Source of the DNA: an uncultured Candidatus Bathyarchaeia archaeon
GTDB lineage: Archaea; Thermoproteota; Bathyarchaeia; Bathyarchaeales; Bathyarchaeaceae
Assembly: GCA_964655075.1 (NCBI GenBank)
Contig: CAZZLD010000001.1
Coordinates: forward strand, 239,682 to 303,681
Reading direction: 5' to 3'
Length of the DNA stretch: 64,000 nt
Shown here: positions 1 through 9,550 of the stretch, one piece after another
How the letters are laid out: each line of letters starts with the position of its first letter
Position numbering within the stretch: the stretch's first letter is position 1
Translations under genes and position numbers: made by a program
Notes under the pieces: generated by a model
The model's database searches: none
Told to the model about the DNA's origin: nothing
The model's input: the letters and a program-made list of their open reading frames with translations, nothing else

Positions 1-359
1 TTCTCCACTTCGATGAATTCTGGTGGCGTAAGCACACTCAGCTCGAAGACTATGTGGTCGAGTTCCTTAGGGGAGACAGTGGGGAAGCGGGGGTCCTGCG
101 TGGCGGAGCTGACGGCGGCTTGAATCACGGCTTGCGCCAGAGGAGTGTCAGGATAAGGAAGACCAATGCAGCCCCTCAACCCCTTTTTTCCACCCCTGAT
201 CCTGTTTAACGTGACGAAGACGCCGCAGCGTTCCATAAGCTTCGCCGGAACATCTTCGGGCACTTTAACAACGGTTCCTTGTTCAAGATACTCTTCTACG
301 GCTTGCCGGGCAAGCTTAACGAGAAAACCTCCCTCCTCGAGGGTTAATTGAAATGTCAT
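1..359 (-). CDS. AMMECR1-domain protein (C-terminal part cut by window edge)
   Basis: Absent from the ORF track because it runs off the edge. My translation from the ATG at 359..357 gives MTFQLTLEEGGFLVKLARQAVEEYL...CGVFVTLNRIRGGKKGLRGCIGLPYPDTPLAQAV...; LRGCIG is the AMMECR1 hallmark. Confidence 0.8.
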   Translation of the reverse strand, partial: MTFQLTLEEGGFLVKLARQAVEEYLEQGTVVKVPEDVPAKLMERCGVFVTLNRIRGGKKGLRGCIGLPYPDTPLAQAVIQAAVSSATQDPRFPTVSPKELDHIVFELSVLTPPEFIEVE

Positions 360-424
360 GAACATGTGCCTCTAATGTAGGAATTTAGACCGACGGTATT
401 AAGCTTCTCGATTGACCTGCTTTA

Positions 425-838
425 TTATTCTATTTTCCTCTTGAAATAATCTTTTAGCATCTCTGAGTGTCTAAAGGCTAGTTCTTTCGGTATGGCTTTT
501 GGATGAAACAGCTTAATTGTTTCTACTTCTTCTTTTTGCGGTTTTGTTTCGCCTTCCACCGGACTGACGTGAAAGCATGTTGCATGGTAGTCGTACTCTA
601 TTCCATCCTGCACGCCCTTCTCGTCGTACTCCCCGATCTTCGCAACAACTTCAACGGTTAAGCCAGTTTCTTCCTTTACCTCCCGAACAACCGCCTCCTC
701 AGCAGTCTCCCCCTCATCAATTCTCCCGCCGGGCAGAGCCCAATAACCCTTAAACACCGGAGTTTTACGCTTTATGAACAATATTTTTCCGCTTGGGAAA
801 ACGACAATGGCTGCAGCCGTGTTTCCGCTAAACTTCAC
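425..838 (-). CDS. Nudix hydrolase
   Basis: Nudix box GGRIDEGETAEEAVVREVKEETGL (GX5EX7REUXEEXGU). Confidence 0.85.
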   Translation of the reverse strand: MKFSGNTAAAIVVFPSGKILFIKRKTPVFKGYWALPGGRIDEGETAEEAVVREVKEETGLTVEVVAKIGEYDEKGVQDGIEYDYHATCFHVSPVEGETKPQKEEVETIKLFHPKAIPKELAFRHSEMLKDYFKRKIE

Positions 839-918
839 CGAAAGTCAAGTCTCCTACGCCAACTTTTATTTTATACCTTATATTCCTTCATTTAATATTA
901 ACTTGGAGGGGTAGAAGC

Positions 919-1527
919 TTGATTCAGGTTTACAGTCAGAAAATCGGAGACACGTGGTATGCAACCGCCATAGAGGATGAGCGAATATTTGCAACTGCTT
1001 TTTCCCTGCTTGAGAGGGATGTTTTGCAGATTCTTTTGAAGCTTCTGCCGTATAACAGGCCCTTCACGGTGATGGAGAAAACGGATGGTTTCGCCGCGAA
1101 CGTTTTAGAGACCTTGAACATGGTTTTTGAAGGGAAGGGGTCTCCCCGCAGGTTTGAATTAGCCTTTGAGCGGCTTTCAGATTATGCTCGAAAGGTGCTT
1201 CAGTGTGTTTCTTTGGTTCCTGTCGGCTACTTTACCACGTATAAGGCGGTATTCGAGGCTGTTGGTGGAGGCGCTAGGGCTGTTGGACGTGTTATGGCTT
1301 CGAATCCTCTTAGTTTGCTGGTGCCATGCCACAGGGTTGTCCGTTCAGATTTCAGCCTTGGCGGCTATGGAGCCGGCGAAAAAACCAAGTTGGAGCTTCT
1401 TTTAAGGGAAGATCGTGGACACGAGAAACCAACAGAGCTGGGAGTGGAGGGCAAAAAACTAGCTCTGTTTCCCATCAAATACCTTAAGAGTGGTGATATC
1501 TCACGTAAAACTCCCTTTTTTCATTGA
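919..1527 (+). CDS. ogt: Methylated-DNA--protein-cysteine methyltransferase (O6-alkylguanine alkyltransferase)
   Basis: C-terminal acceptor motif LVPCHRVVRSDFSLGGY. The start is a TTG and is uncertain. Confidence 0.8.
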   Translation: MIQVYSQKIGDTWYATAIEDERIFATAFSLLERDVLQILLKLLPYNRPFTVMEKTDGFAANVLETLNMVFEGKGSPRRFELAFERLSDYARKVLQCVSLVPVGYFTTYKAVFEAVGGGARAVGRVMASNPLSLLVPCHRVVRSDFSLGGYGAGEKTKLELLLREDRGHEKPTELGVEGKKLALFPIKYLKSGDISRKTPFFH

Positions 1528-1639
1528 ATCTAAGACCAAAATGCCGCACGCAGAAATTACACTTTCTGAACGTCAGAACCTTTTTTAACCATTCACAAAC
1601 CGACAAACAGATATAGAAAGAGGATAATACGCTAAAGAT

Positions 1640-1939
1640 ATGGAGATCCCAAAAGTAGTTGTCGGAAAATTCCCATTGTGGGCTTTGTTTTTTATCTTGT
1701 CTTCAGGTTTGGTTGTGGTCGTTTCTTTTCCTTTCGATATTTTTCAGTTTGCGAATTTTGAGAATGGGCTGACGCTGCAGAATATTTCCACTACTCCACA
1801 CACCATTATCAACAATTTCACCCCTTTTATCAACCTTAAGTATCTTGATGATTTTCCCATTGGCTTCACTAAAATAACAATAACAGCCTTTGTACCTGGG
1901 TGGTTGTCTATTTCCTTAAAGATGTTTATAGTAATTTGA
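1640..1939 (+). CDS. Hypothetical small membrane protein (orphan)
   Basis: ORF with a hydrophobic N-terminus in an AT-richer stretch. No recognisable motif. Confidence 0.25.
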   Translation: MEIPKVVVGKFPLWALFFILSSGLVVVVSFPFDIFQFANFENGLTLQNISTTPHTIINNFTPFINLKYLDDFPIGFTKITITAFVPGWLSISLKMFIVI

Positions 1940-2478
1940 ATGGCCGAATTTTTAAAGGTAGAGTGCGAAATTGGCAAAGGAAAAAAAGAAAACCATCCAA
2001 AATAACTAAAGCCGGCAAAATTGAGAAAATAGATTTTGCAGAATGGTTAAGAAATGAAAAAATGGAAGGCCATATAGTTCATTTAAATTCGATGCGACAT
2101 ATTGCTTTAGGATTGCTATACGGTGCACAAACTTTCTTTGTTATTAATCTGTTTCGATTTCTCGTCGTTTCTTTTGTTTTTATTTTTGTTCAATCATTGT
2201 CCAGAAATTTTTCTAGTCATTTTCTCCATTCGTTATTTTGGCTTTGTCTCTCAGTCGCATTTGCAGGTATTTGTGGTGTTGTTTTCGTTCTTTATCGGCA
2301 AAGTTTCGAAGCTCAACAGGAATCTCTTTGGGAGCTATATCTCAAGACAAAGGCAGCGGTTGATAGTTTCCACGTTAAAGTCGCCTCAAATCTTGAAGAA
2401 GCATGCAGGCTAATAGAGGCTGGATATGAGCATGTTTCAACAATAGGAGGAAAGCGGATTTATCAGAAACGGAAATAG
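1900..2478 (+). CDS. Hypothetical membrane protein (orphan)
   Basis: 192-aa ORF with a basic N-terminus, 2-3 hydrophobic helices and a soluble tail ...NLEEACRLIEAGYEHVSTIGGKRIYQKRK. Start uncertain. Confidence 0.35.
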   Translation: MVVYFLKDVYSNLNGRIFKGRVRNWQRKKRKPSKITKAGKIEKIDFAEWLRNEKMEGHIVHLNSMRHIALGLLYGAQTFFVINLFRFLVVSFVFIFVQSLSRNFSSHFLHSLFWLCLSVAFAGICGVVFVLYRQSFEAQQESLWELYLKTKAAVDSFHVKVASNLEEACRLIEAGYEHVSTIGGKRIYQKRK

Positions 2479-2589
2479 CTAAAAAGCATAGTTTACACTG
2501 AAAAACATTGGTTTCCATCAAATGCCTTAAGGGAGAAAGCCAAGTTTAAATTATGTGGTGTGCGCAAGGTTTACAAGCGTGGGTTTGGA

Positions 2590-3114
2590 ATGTCAAGGGC
2601 TTTGTATGTGGGTCGGTTTCAGCCTTTTCATCTCGGTCACCTCTACGCTATTCAGTACGTAGCTGAAAGGTCATCCGAGTTTATAGTTATGATCGGAAGC
2701 GCGCAGTACAGTCACACGTTGGATGATCCCTTCACGGCTGGAGAAAGAGTGACCATGATCCGATTGGCGCTCGACGAGGCTGGGATAAACGCGGCGAGAT
2801 ACCACATTATTCCTGTTACGGACTTGAACCTTCACGAAATCTGGGTGGCCCACGTGGTTTCTCATGTTCCGAAGTTTGACGTGGTTTACACGAATGAGCC
2901 TCTGACGCGGCGGCTGTTCCTCGAAGACAAGCGGTTCCCAGTTGAGCCCATTCCCCTCCACAAACGCAAATCTTATTCAGCCACGGAAGTGCGGAGACGC
3001 ATGTTAAACGGAGAAAACTGGAAGGAACTCCTCCCGAAAAGCGTGGCAAAATTCATCGAAGAAATAAACGGTGTAGAAAGGCTGAGGGACCTAAACAAAG
3101 ACGACAGGGCTTAA
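2590..3114 (+). CDS. nadM: Nicotinamide-nucleotide adenylyltransferase (archaeal type)
   Basis: MSRALYVGRFQPFHLGH, the (T/H)xGH nucleotidyltransferase motif as in archaeal NMNAT. I prefer the ATG at 2590 to the GTG at 2560. Confidence 0.85.
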   Translation: MSRALYVGRFQPFHLGHLYAIQYVAERSSEFIVMIGSAQYSHTLDDPFTAGERVTMIRLALDEAGINAARYHIIPVTDLNLHEIWVAHVVSHVPKFDVVYTNEPLTRRLFLEDKRFPVEPIPLHKRKSYSATEVRRRMLNGENWKELLPKSVAKFIEEINGVERLRDLNKDDRA

Positions 3115-3932
3115 CACTCTGACTCTGAAACAGGCGAAACCTGAACAACGGCACCCACCTGAACTTTAAACCGCTTCGCGGCGCTTCTCTGATTCACAGA
3201 CAACTCGAGAAAGTCGCTGCCGCCGACTACTGCAAGAGGCGAACCGACAGGAACCTCGCCGTAGGCTGAACAAAACCTTAGTTTAATGGTCTTATCGCCT
3301 ATTTTCACTTGAAGAAGCTGCCCTTCGTGTATGCCCGACTTTTCAAGGTCTCCAGCGGAGACATTGGTGATAGCGTTGCCGAAGCCGTCAATGTAGAGGA
3401 TTTCGCCGAATAGTTTGCCGGCCTTCAGTTGCGGCTTAGCAAATTCAGGCACAGAATAATCTTGTATTTCTGGTCCAAACTCGGAAGGGGAAACGCCTTT
3501 CGCCAGATAGGCAGCAGCACAACTGAAAACGTCGCGTCCGTGGAAGGCCCGCGAGATTTTCGGAAGCATATACCTCCGATTAGTTATGTGGTAAGCGCGG
3601 CGCATTCCTTCCTTCTGGGCGGACAGCACGAGGAGACCGTTGTCGGGTCCAACGTAGAATGAGCGTTTGGTTTCGATGATTATGGGCCGTCGGCTGGTTC
3701 CAACCCCGGGATCCACAACCGCAACGTGAACTGAACCTGAGGGAAAGTGTGGAGCGGCTGAAGCGAGAACAAAAGCCCCCATGCGCACGTTAAACTTCTC
3801 GATCTCATGGCTTATGTCTACCAGGGTTGCTTCTGGACAAACGGAGAGTACCACAGCCTTCATTTCCGCCACGTACGGGTCCTTCAAGCCGAAGTCTGAG
3901 AGCAAAGTTACAACTGGCACTTCTAACAGCAC
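3111..3932 (-). CDS. SAM hydroxide adenosyltransferase / SAM hydrolase family (DUF62)
   Basis: N-terminal LLSDFGLKDPYVAEMKAV and overall DUF62-like organisation. The stop overlaps the nadM stop by 4 nt in convergent orientation. Confidence 0.75.
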   Translation of the reverse strand: MLLEVPVVTLLSDFGLKDPYVAEMKAVVLSVCPEATLVDISHEIEKFNVRMGAFVLASAAPHFPSGSVHVAVVDPGVGTSRRPIIIETKRSFYVGPDNGLLVLSAQKEGMRRAYHITNRRYMLPKISRAFHGRDVFSCAAAYLAKGVSPSEFGPEIQDYSVPEFAKPQLKAGKLFGEILYIDGFGNAITNVSAGDLEKSGIHEGQLLQVKIGDKTIKLRFCSAYGEVPVGSPLAVVGGSDFLELSVNQRSAAKRFKVQVGAVVQVSPVSESEC

Positions 3933-4051
3933 ACCTTAAACTAGTTCAAACTTTGAGGAATACACCTTAATACTTTTATCAGAAGTCCTCTCTGAAAAGT
4001 GAGGTTAAGATTAGGTTTATGAAGGGGAACTGCGCATAGTGTCGGCGAAAG

Positions 4052-5224
4052 GTGGGCTTAAAGTTGGTGTATGATGAAGAGACTACTTTGCTTATGACGC
4101 CTGGACCCGTTGCTTTCCATCCGAGGGTTTACCGGGCCATGTCGAGAGTGGGGTGGCATCACCGAACCCCCGAGTTCAGAAAAACCACGGCTGAATGCAT
4201 ATCCATGATGAAGGAAGTTATGCAGACCAAGAATGACGTTTACATCATAATGGGTTCGGGAACCGCAGCCATGGAGGCAGCCGTCGCAAACCTTGTGTCG
4301 CCCGGAGACGCTGTGTTAAACCTCATTAACGGAAAATTCGGTGAACGTTACGGAGAACTCACAGAAACTTTCGGCGGAAAATCGGTTTCGCTGAAGGTTG
4401 AAATGGGCAAGGCAGTCAAGCCTGAAATGGTTGATGATGCTTTAGAGAAGAATCCTGACGTCAAATTTGTGACCCTTGTCCACAACGAAACTTCTACGGG
4501 CGTGCTTAATCCAGCGGCAGAGATCGCGAAAGTGGTCAAAGACCACGGTAAGGTCTTGATTGTTGACGGCATAACCTCGGTTGGCGGAGACTACGTTTAC
4601 CCGGATAAATGGGGCTTCGACGTTCTGGTCACGGGAACCCAGAAATGTTTGGGATGCCCAGTAGGGCTCTCCGCGATAATGGTCAGCCCGAAGGCTTGGG
4701 AGATCATCGAAAAAAGAGAGAAAATACCTTCATACTATCTGAGCCTTAAAGCCTACAAGAAATCATTGACTAAAGGCGGAGATACGCCTTACACGGCTTC
4801 AGTGTCGCTTGTTTACGCCCTCCACGAAGCGCTTAAAATGATACTGGAGGAAGGATACGAGAATCGAGTGCAGCGTCACAGGCTCATGGCGAAAGCCACT
4901 AGGAACGGAATGAAAGCCTTAGGGCTTCAGCTCTTCGCTGAGAAAAGTTACGAGTCGAATACGCTGACGGCGGTTAAGTATCCCGAGGGCGTGGAGGACG
5001 GCGACTTCAGGAAGACTATGCAGAAACACGGAGTGCTGGTTGCGGGAGGACAAGCCGAACTTAAAGGGAAAATCTTCAGAGTTGCGCACATGAACATAAC
5101 GGGAGAGAAGGAAATCCTGCTCACGTTGGCTTTAACGGAGTTGACGCTGAAGGAATTGGGCTTTAGCTGCGAGGGCGGCGCCGCGGTTTCCGCTGCGGAA
5201 CAGGTTTTCCTGAAAGCGAAGTGA
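4052..5224 (+). CDS. Class V PLP aminotransferase (serine-pyruvate/alanine-glyoxylate type)
   Basis: LLMTPGP N-terminus, HNETSTGV, and GTQKCLGCPVGLS containing the PLP lysine. Confidence 0.8.
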   Translation: MGLKLVYDEETTLLMTPGPVAFHPRVYRAMSRVGWHHRTPEFRKTTAECISMMKEVMQTKNDVYIIMGSGTAAMEAAVANLVSPGDAVLNLINGKFGERYGELTETFGGKSVSLKVEMGKAVKPEMVDDALEKNPDVKFVTLVHNETSTGVLNPAAEIAKVVKDHGKVLIVDGITSVGGDYVYPDKWGFDVLVTGTQKCLGCPVGLSAIMVSPKAWEIIEKREKIPSYYLSLKAYKKSLTKGGDTPYTASVSLVYALHEALKMILEEGYENRVQRHRLMAKATRNGMKALGLQLFAEKSYESNTLTAVKYPEGVEDGDFRKTMQKHGVLVAGGQAELKGKIFRVAHMNITGEKEILLTLALTELTLKELGFSCEGGAAVSAAEQVFLKAK

Positions 5225-5279
5225 AAAACGCACAGTAAAGTCTATATTCTGTTCGTGTATACTGCAATGTTAAGGTGTA

Positions 5280-5438
5280 ATGTTGATGAAGCTCGTAACA
5301 GTTTTGCTTCCTGAAGCTTATCTTGAAGGACTCGACGAACTCGTGAGAGCCAGCATGTACCCGAGCCGAAGCGCAGCCATCAGAGCGTCAGTCAGAGACC
5401 TACTGAAACGAGAACTCTGGGCTAGAAGAGAAGAATAA
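5280..5438 (+). CDS. Ribbon-helix-helix (CopG/NikR-like) small DNA-binding protein
   Basis: 52-aa ORF, below the track cutoff: MLMKLVTVLLPEAYLEGLDELVRASMYPSRSAAIRASVRDLLKRELWARREE. It shows the beta-strand plus two-helix RHH pattern. Confidence 0.55.
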   Translation: MLMKLVTVLLPEAYLEGLDELVRASMYPSRSAAIRASVRDLLKRELWARREE

Positions 5439-5448
5439 GCTATAATTG

Positions 5449-6222
5449 TCATTTCGTGCTCTGCTTGGCAGCGTCCCTAACAAATTTTGCAGCTTCAACA
5501 GGCTTCTCAGACGAAGTTATGCTCCTGCCGACAATAAGATAACGCGCCCCAGCGTCAACAGCCGCTGTAACCTCTCCGCCTTGAGCGCCGATGCCTGGCG
5601 AGTAAATGGGAACCCGATCTCCTAAGATGTTGTGAACTTGCCTTATTTTCTCAGGGTAAGTAGCGCCCACCACCGCACCATCAGCACCCCAAGACAAAGC
5701 CCGCTCAGCGAAAACAACGAACTGAGGAACTAGCTTGCCGGTTTCGGGGTCCCGCACCATCTGACCGTAGCCTTCTTCGGCGCCCTTGTGACTCATGTAA
5801 ACCAGCAGAATGACGCCGCGGTTCATTTTCTCGGCAACCTCAAACACCGGCTGCATGCCCTCAGCCCATCCTACGAAAGGATTAGCGATCAAAGCGTCAA
5901 AACCAGCTGTATAATAGTATTCGGCGATCACGCGGTTTGTGTGTCCCACATCGTTAATTTTGCAGTCCATAATAGCAAGGAGCCCAAGATCGTGGATACA
6001 GTTCACAAGTTTCTGCACGCCGTCAAACAAACCTAGCGGAAGAACCAGCTGCCGGTTTATCTTCACCGCACAAAGATACGGATGCACCCTCTCCAGCAGA
6101 TCGAGACTCTTAGACATGAGGCTTCGAGGATTTTCAGGAGAAGGGTCTAGAGCTAGGACTATGTTTGAACCCGCCTTTTCCGCAGAACGCTTCATTTTCT
6201 GTTTGAAGGACAAAGTTAGCAC
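5449..6222 (-). CDS. pyrF: Orotidine-5'-phosphate decarboxylase family protein
   Basis: LALD...VKINRQL...DCKINDVGHTN...IVGRSITSSEKP resembles the OMPdecase DxKxxD and C-terminal GR motifs. At 257 aa it is longer than typical archaeal PyrF. Confidence 0.6.
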   Translation of the reverse strand: MLTLSFKQKMKRSAEKAGSNIVLALDPSPENPRSLMSKSLDLLERVHPYLCAVKINRQLVLPLGLFDGVQKLVNCIHDLGLLAIMDCKINDVGHTNRVIAEYYYTAGFDALIANPFVGWAEGMQPVFEVAEKMNRGVILLVYMSHKGAEEGYGQMVRDPETGKLVPQFVVFAERALSWGADGAVVGATYPEKIRQVHNILGDRVPIYSPGIGAQGGEVTAAVDAGARYLIVGRSITSSEKPVEAAKFVRDAAKQSTK

Positions 6223-6292
6223 CCTTAAATACGCTTATTTCTTTTCTCAGTTTGAAGTTAATAATATTAACCGCCGAATTAAATGAAAAATT

Positions 6293-6964
6293 ATGATGCT
6301 GAAGATTGATAGTAAGCTTGAGTCGACTTTTCCAGAGCTGAGGACTCTGACCTGCGAAATTAGGGATGTAAAAGTCGTTAAGCGGAGCAGTGAACTGGAA
6401 AGCTTTGCGGCTGAGCTAATGAAACAAGTTAAGAAGCAGTACAGCCTAGAAGCTTTGAAAGACCTTCCGACGGTGAGAGCTTATCGGGACTTTTTCTGGC
6501 GAGTTGGAGTGGACCCGACTAAAAACCGACCAGCTGCCGAAGCCCTAATTAGAAGAATCTTGAGGGGCGGAAACATACCGAACATAAACACGCTTGTTGA
6601 TGCCTACAATCTTGCGTCAATAAAAACCGAAATCGCCTTAGCAGCCTTCGACTTGGATAGGTTGAGGGGCGATCTTCTGATGCGGTTCGCTGAAGAAGGA
6701 GAGAAGTTCATGGGGATCGGAATGCAGAAACCCATGGTTTTTCAAGGAGGGGAAATCGTGGTCTCCGACAGCGAAAAGCTGGTCGCTGTTTATCCGCACC
6801 GAGACGCAGACAACACAAAGGTAACTGAGAAAACGAAGAACATTGTTTTGATGGTTTGTGGGGTTCCGGGCATCCGAGAAGAAAACCTGAGAAACGCGAA
6901 GCAGGTGACATTAGAGTACATAACGCGTTTTTGCGGCGGGCAAGCTGGACAGAGGAGCCGCTGA
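6293..6964 (+). CDS. B3/B4 (PheRS-beta-like tRNA-binding) domain protein
   Basis: VRAYRDFFWRVGVDPTKNRPAAEALIRRILRGGNIPNINTLVDAYNLASI matches the stand-alone B3/4 domain family pattern. Confidence 0.65.
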   Translation: MMLKIDSKLESTFPELRTLTCEIRDVKVVKRSSELESFAAELMKQVKKQYSLEALKDLPTVRAYRDFFWRVGVDPTKNRPAAEALIRRILRGGNIPNINTLVDAYNLASIKTEIALAAFDLDRLRGDLLMRFAEEGEKFMGIGMQKPMVFQGGEIVVSDSEKLVAVYPHRDADNTKVTEKTKNIVLMVCGVPGIREENLRNAKQVTLEYITRFCGGQAGQRSR

Positions 6965-7713
6965 TGATTAAGGTCGGGTGCTGCGGGTTTCCGGGCGGAA
7001 TAAAAAAATACTTCGAAAAATTTAGGCTGGTCGAAGTTCAAAGCACCTTCTATAAGCTTCCAAGAGTTGAAACCGCGGAAAAATGGAGAAAAAACGCGCC
7101 GAAGGAATTCGAATTCACCGTGAAAGCTTGGCAGGCTATAACCCATCCAACGACAAGTCCCACGTGGAGAAGGACAAAAATCCAATTTAGTACTGAAGAC
7201 ACGGATAGATACGGGTTTTTGAGACCAACCCGACAGGTTTTCGAAGCTTGGGAAAAAACCATGGAGATTTGCAAAGTTCTTGAAGCCAAGGTCTGCGTGA
7301 TTCAGTGTCCCGCCAGCTTCACAGCCAACGAACAGAATATCCGAAATGCAAAGAAGTTTTTCTCCGAAATCGAAAGAGAAGAGTTAACCATCGCGTGGGA
7401 GCCTAGGGGAAAAAGCTGGACCGCTGAGAAAGTAGAGAGCCTCTGCGAAGAGTTGGAGTTAACTCATTGTGTCGATCCTTTCGCCGCTGAACCCGCACAT
7501 TTCGCAGGGAAAACTGCCTATTTTAGGCTTCACGGCAAACCGCCAGGCACCCGAATGTACTACTACGAATACAGCGACGAAGACTTGAAGTGGCTCTCGG
7601 AACGAGTTAGGCGCTTAGAAGCTGAAGGACTGATGGTTTATTGCCTTTTCAACAACGTTTACATGGAGCAGGACGCCGAAAAGTTCAGCCACTTAATTCA
7701 AGTTCACGTTTAA
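6964..7713 (+). CDS. DUF72 (UPF0759) family protein
   Basis: MIKVGCCGF...FYKLPRVETAEKWRKNAPKEFEFTVKAWQAITH. The ATG at 6964 overlaps the upstream TGA (ATGA-type coupling). The track ORF from 6856 is an in-frame upstream extension. Confidence 0.75.
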   Translation: MIKVGCCGFPGGIKKYFEKFRLVEVQSTFYKLPRVETAEKWRKNAPKEFEFTVKAWQAITHPTTSPTWRRTKIQFSTEDTDRYGFLRPTRQVFEAWEKTMEICKVLEAKVCVIQCPASFTANEQNIRNAKKFFSEIEREELTIAWEPRGKSWTAEKVESLCEELELTHCVDPFAAEPAHFAGKTAYFRLHGKPPGTRMYYYEYSDEDLKWLSERVRRLEAEGLMVYCLFNNVYMEQDAEKFSHLIQVHV

Positions 7714-8272
7714 CTTTCTGGAAGTCCTCTTCAAGCACCCCTTTATATTGGGGGTTATACAGTGCAGCGGCAGGGTGAAATGTCGGAAATACGCGGACCT
7801 TAAGACCGAAAAGTTGTCCATCATACACTTTCCCGCGAATCGCAGTTATGCCTCCGGTTTCAAAGCCCATTTTCTGTAGGATGTGGGAAGTTGAGTGCCT
7901 GCCGAGAGTCACGATGAGCTTCGGCTTAATCAACACGATTTGCCTTTCCAGATAAGGAGTACATGTTTGGATTTCGATTGGTCGGGGGTCACGGTTCTCC
8001 GGCGGTCTACACTTAACAACGTTAGTGATGTAAACCTCAGTTCGAGAAAGACCTGCTTTTGAGAGCAACTTATCTAGAAGCTTGCCCGCTGCTCCGACAA
8101 AAGGACGACCCTTCACGTCTTCCCAGTAACCAGGCGCCTCCCCGATGAACAAGACAACGGCGTCAAGACTGCCCTCGCCTGGAACTGCGTTTCGGCGTCG
8201 CTTCCACAACTCGCACCTTTGACAAGCATGAACCTCAACCGCAATCCTTTCCATAACGTCTTGTTTAGACAT
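7685..8272 (-). CDS. udg: Uracil-DNA glycosylase, family 4 (Fe-S type)
   Basis: CQRCELW...GEAPGYWEDVKGRPFVGAAGKLL...HPAAALY motifs. Confidence 0.85.
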   Translation of the reverse strand: MSKQDVMERIAVEVHACQRCELWKRRRNAVPGEGSLDAVVLFIGEAPGYWEDVKGRPFVGAAGKLLDKLLSKAGLSRTEVYITNVVKCRPPENRDPRPIEIQTCTPYLERQIVLIKPKLIVTLGRHSTSHILQKMGFETGGITAIRGKVYDGQLFGLKVRVFPTFHPAAALYNPQYKGVLEEDFQKVKRELELSG

Positions 8273-8278
8273 TAGACT

Positions 8279-9493
8279 TCACTTGGCTAAGCCTTGGGCG
8301 ATTTCCTTCACCGCTGAGATCAGCTTGTCTATCTCCTCCCGCGTGTTGTAGAAGTAGGTTGAAGCCCGGACGCTTCCCTGTCTTTGAACTATGTTTTTCA
8401 TCAATGGCAAGGCGCAGTGGTGCCCTGAGCGGACCATGATGTCGGCTGAAACATCTAAGGCTAAGGCTACATCGTGTGGATTCAAATCGGCCACGTTGAA
8501 GGCCATGATGCCGACCTTACGCTTAGGTTCGGGACCGTAAAGTTCCACGTTCGGAATCGCGCTTAATCCCTCATACATTTGCTCCGTTAACTTCCTCTCG
8601 TGGTTTTCGATGTTTTCCATGCCGATTCCGCGCAGATAGTCAGTTGCAGCTCCAAGTCCAATGGCTTCCCCTATAGCCGGTGTTCCAGCTTCAAACCTCA
8701 TAGGACTTTTCTCCAGTGTGTAAGAGCCGAGGCTCACATCGGTTATGGTGCCCCCGCCAATGCAGAGAGGTTCAATCTCTTCGGTTAACTCTTGTCGGAT
8801 GTACAAGGCGCCAGAACCAGTCGGAGCACACATTTTATGTCCCGAAAAGGCGAGGAAGTCGCAACCTATTTTTTGCACGTCAACCTTCATGTGGGGAACA
8901 GACTGGGCGCCGTCGATGAGCACGTAAGCGCCGTGTTCGTGAGCTATTTCGGTTATCTCCTTAATCGGCGTTATTACGCCTAGAACATTTGAAACATGGG
9001 TTACGGCCACTAACCGCGTCTTGTCGTCAACAGCCTTTTCGAAGTCGGCGGGATCCAGAATCCCTTCGCGTACAGGCTCCTTCGGCTTTATGACCTCAAC
9101 ATTTAGGTTGTGCCGTTTTTTCTCGCGGAGCCAAACAATAAAATTGGAGTGGTGCTCAATCATGGAGGTTACGATTTTGTCGCCTCGATTCCAGCTTAAG
9201 CCGCTCGCAACGAGGTTTATTCCCTCGGTTGTGTTTCGAACCATTACGATTTCAGAATCAGACCGAGCGTTGATAAAATCGGCAACTTTCGCGTGGGTGC
9301 GCTCATACTCCCTGCTCGCCTGTTGAGAAAGCCTGTGGACACCCCGCTCCACGTTCGCCCGATACTCGTGATAGAACTCTAGGGTTTTTTGAAGCACGGG
9401 TTCAGGGGTGAGACTGCTTGCAGTGTTATCTAAGTAAATTACGCCTGTTGCTAGAATCGGAAAATCCCTTCTTACCTCTTGTACGTTAAGCAA
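8279..9493 (-). CDS. Cysteine desulfurase (SufS/CsdA-like class V aminotransferase)
   Basis: RRDFPIL...IYLDNTASS...SGHKMCAPTGSGALY...RSGHHCA. The homology begins at LNVQEVRRDF, so I start it at the TTG at 9493. The track ORF continues to 9814 across the divergent macro-domain gene. Confidence 0.8.
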   Translation of the reverse strand: MLNVQEVRRDFPILATGVIYLDNTASSLTPEPVLQKTLEFYHEYRANVERGVHRLSQQASREYERTHAKVADFINARSDSEIVMVRNTTEGINLVASGLSWNRGDKIVTSMIEHHSNFIVWLREKKRHNLNVEVIKPKEPVREGILDPADFEKAVDDKTRLVAVTHVSNVLGVITPIKEITEIAHEHGAYVLIDGAQSVPHMKVDVQKIGCDFLAFSGHKMCAPTGSGALYIRQELTEEIEPLCIGGGTITDVSLGSYTLEKSPMRFEAGTPAIGEAIGLGAATDYLRGIGMENIENHERKLTEQMYEGLSAIPNVELYGPEPKRKVGIMAFNVADLNPHDVALALDVSADIMVRSGHHCALPLMKNIVQRQGSVRASTYFYNTREEIDKLISAVKEIAQGLAK

Positions 9494-9511
9494 GGCTTGT
9501 TCCTCGAAGAT

Positions 9512-9530
9512 ATTTATTGAATAGAATTTT
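9512..9530. promoter_or_regulatory. Candidate shared bidirectional TATA region
   Basis: AT-rich tagaattttatagcttc lies about 26 nt from both the 9493 (-) and 9551 (+) start codons. This fits archaeal TATA spacing for leaderless transcripts. Confidence 0.3.
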
Positions 9531-9550
9531 ATAGCTTCTAAGTAATATAA

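Noticed and set aside
166-351. 61-aa plus-strand ORF in the track
   Set aside because: It lies entirely antisense to the edge-truncated AMMECR1 gene, whose LRGCIG motif makes the minus-strand frame the real one. Its Pro/Ser/Thr-rich composition is typical of a shadow ORF.
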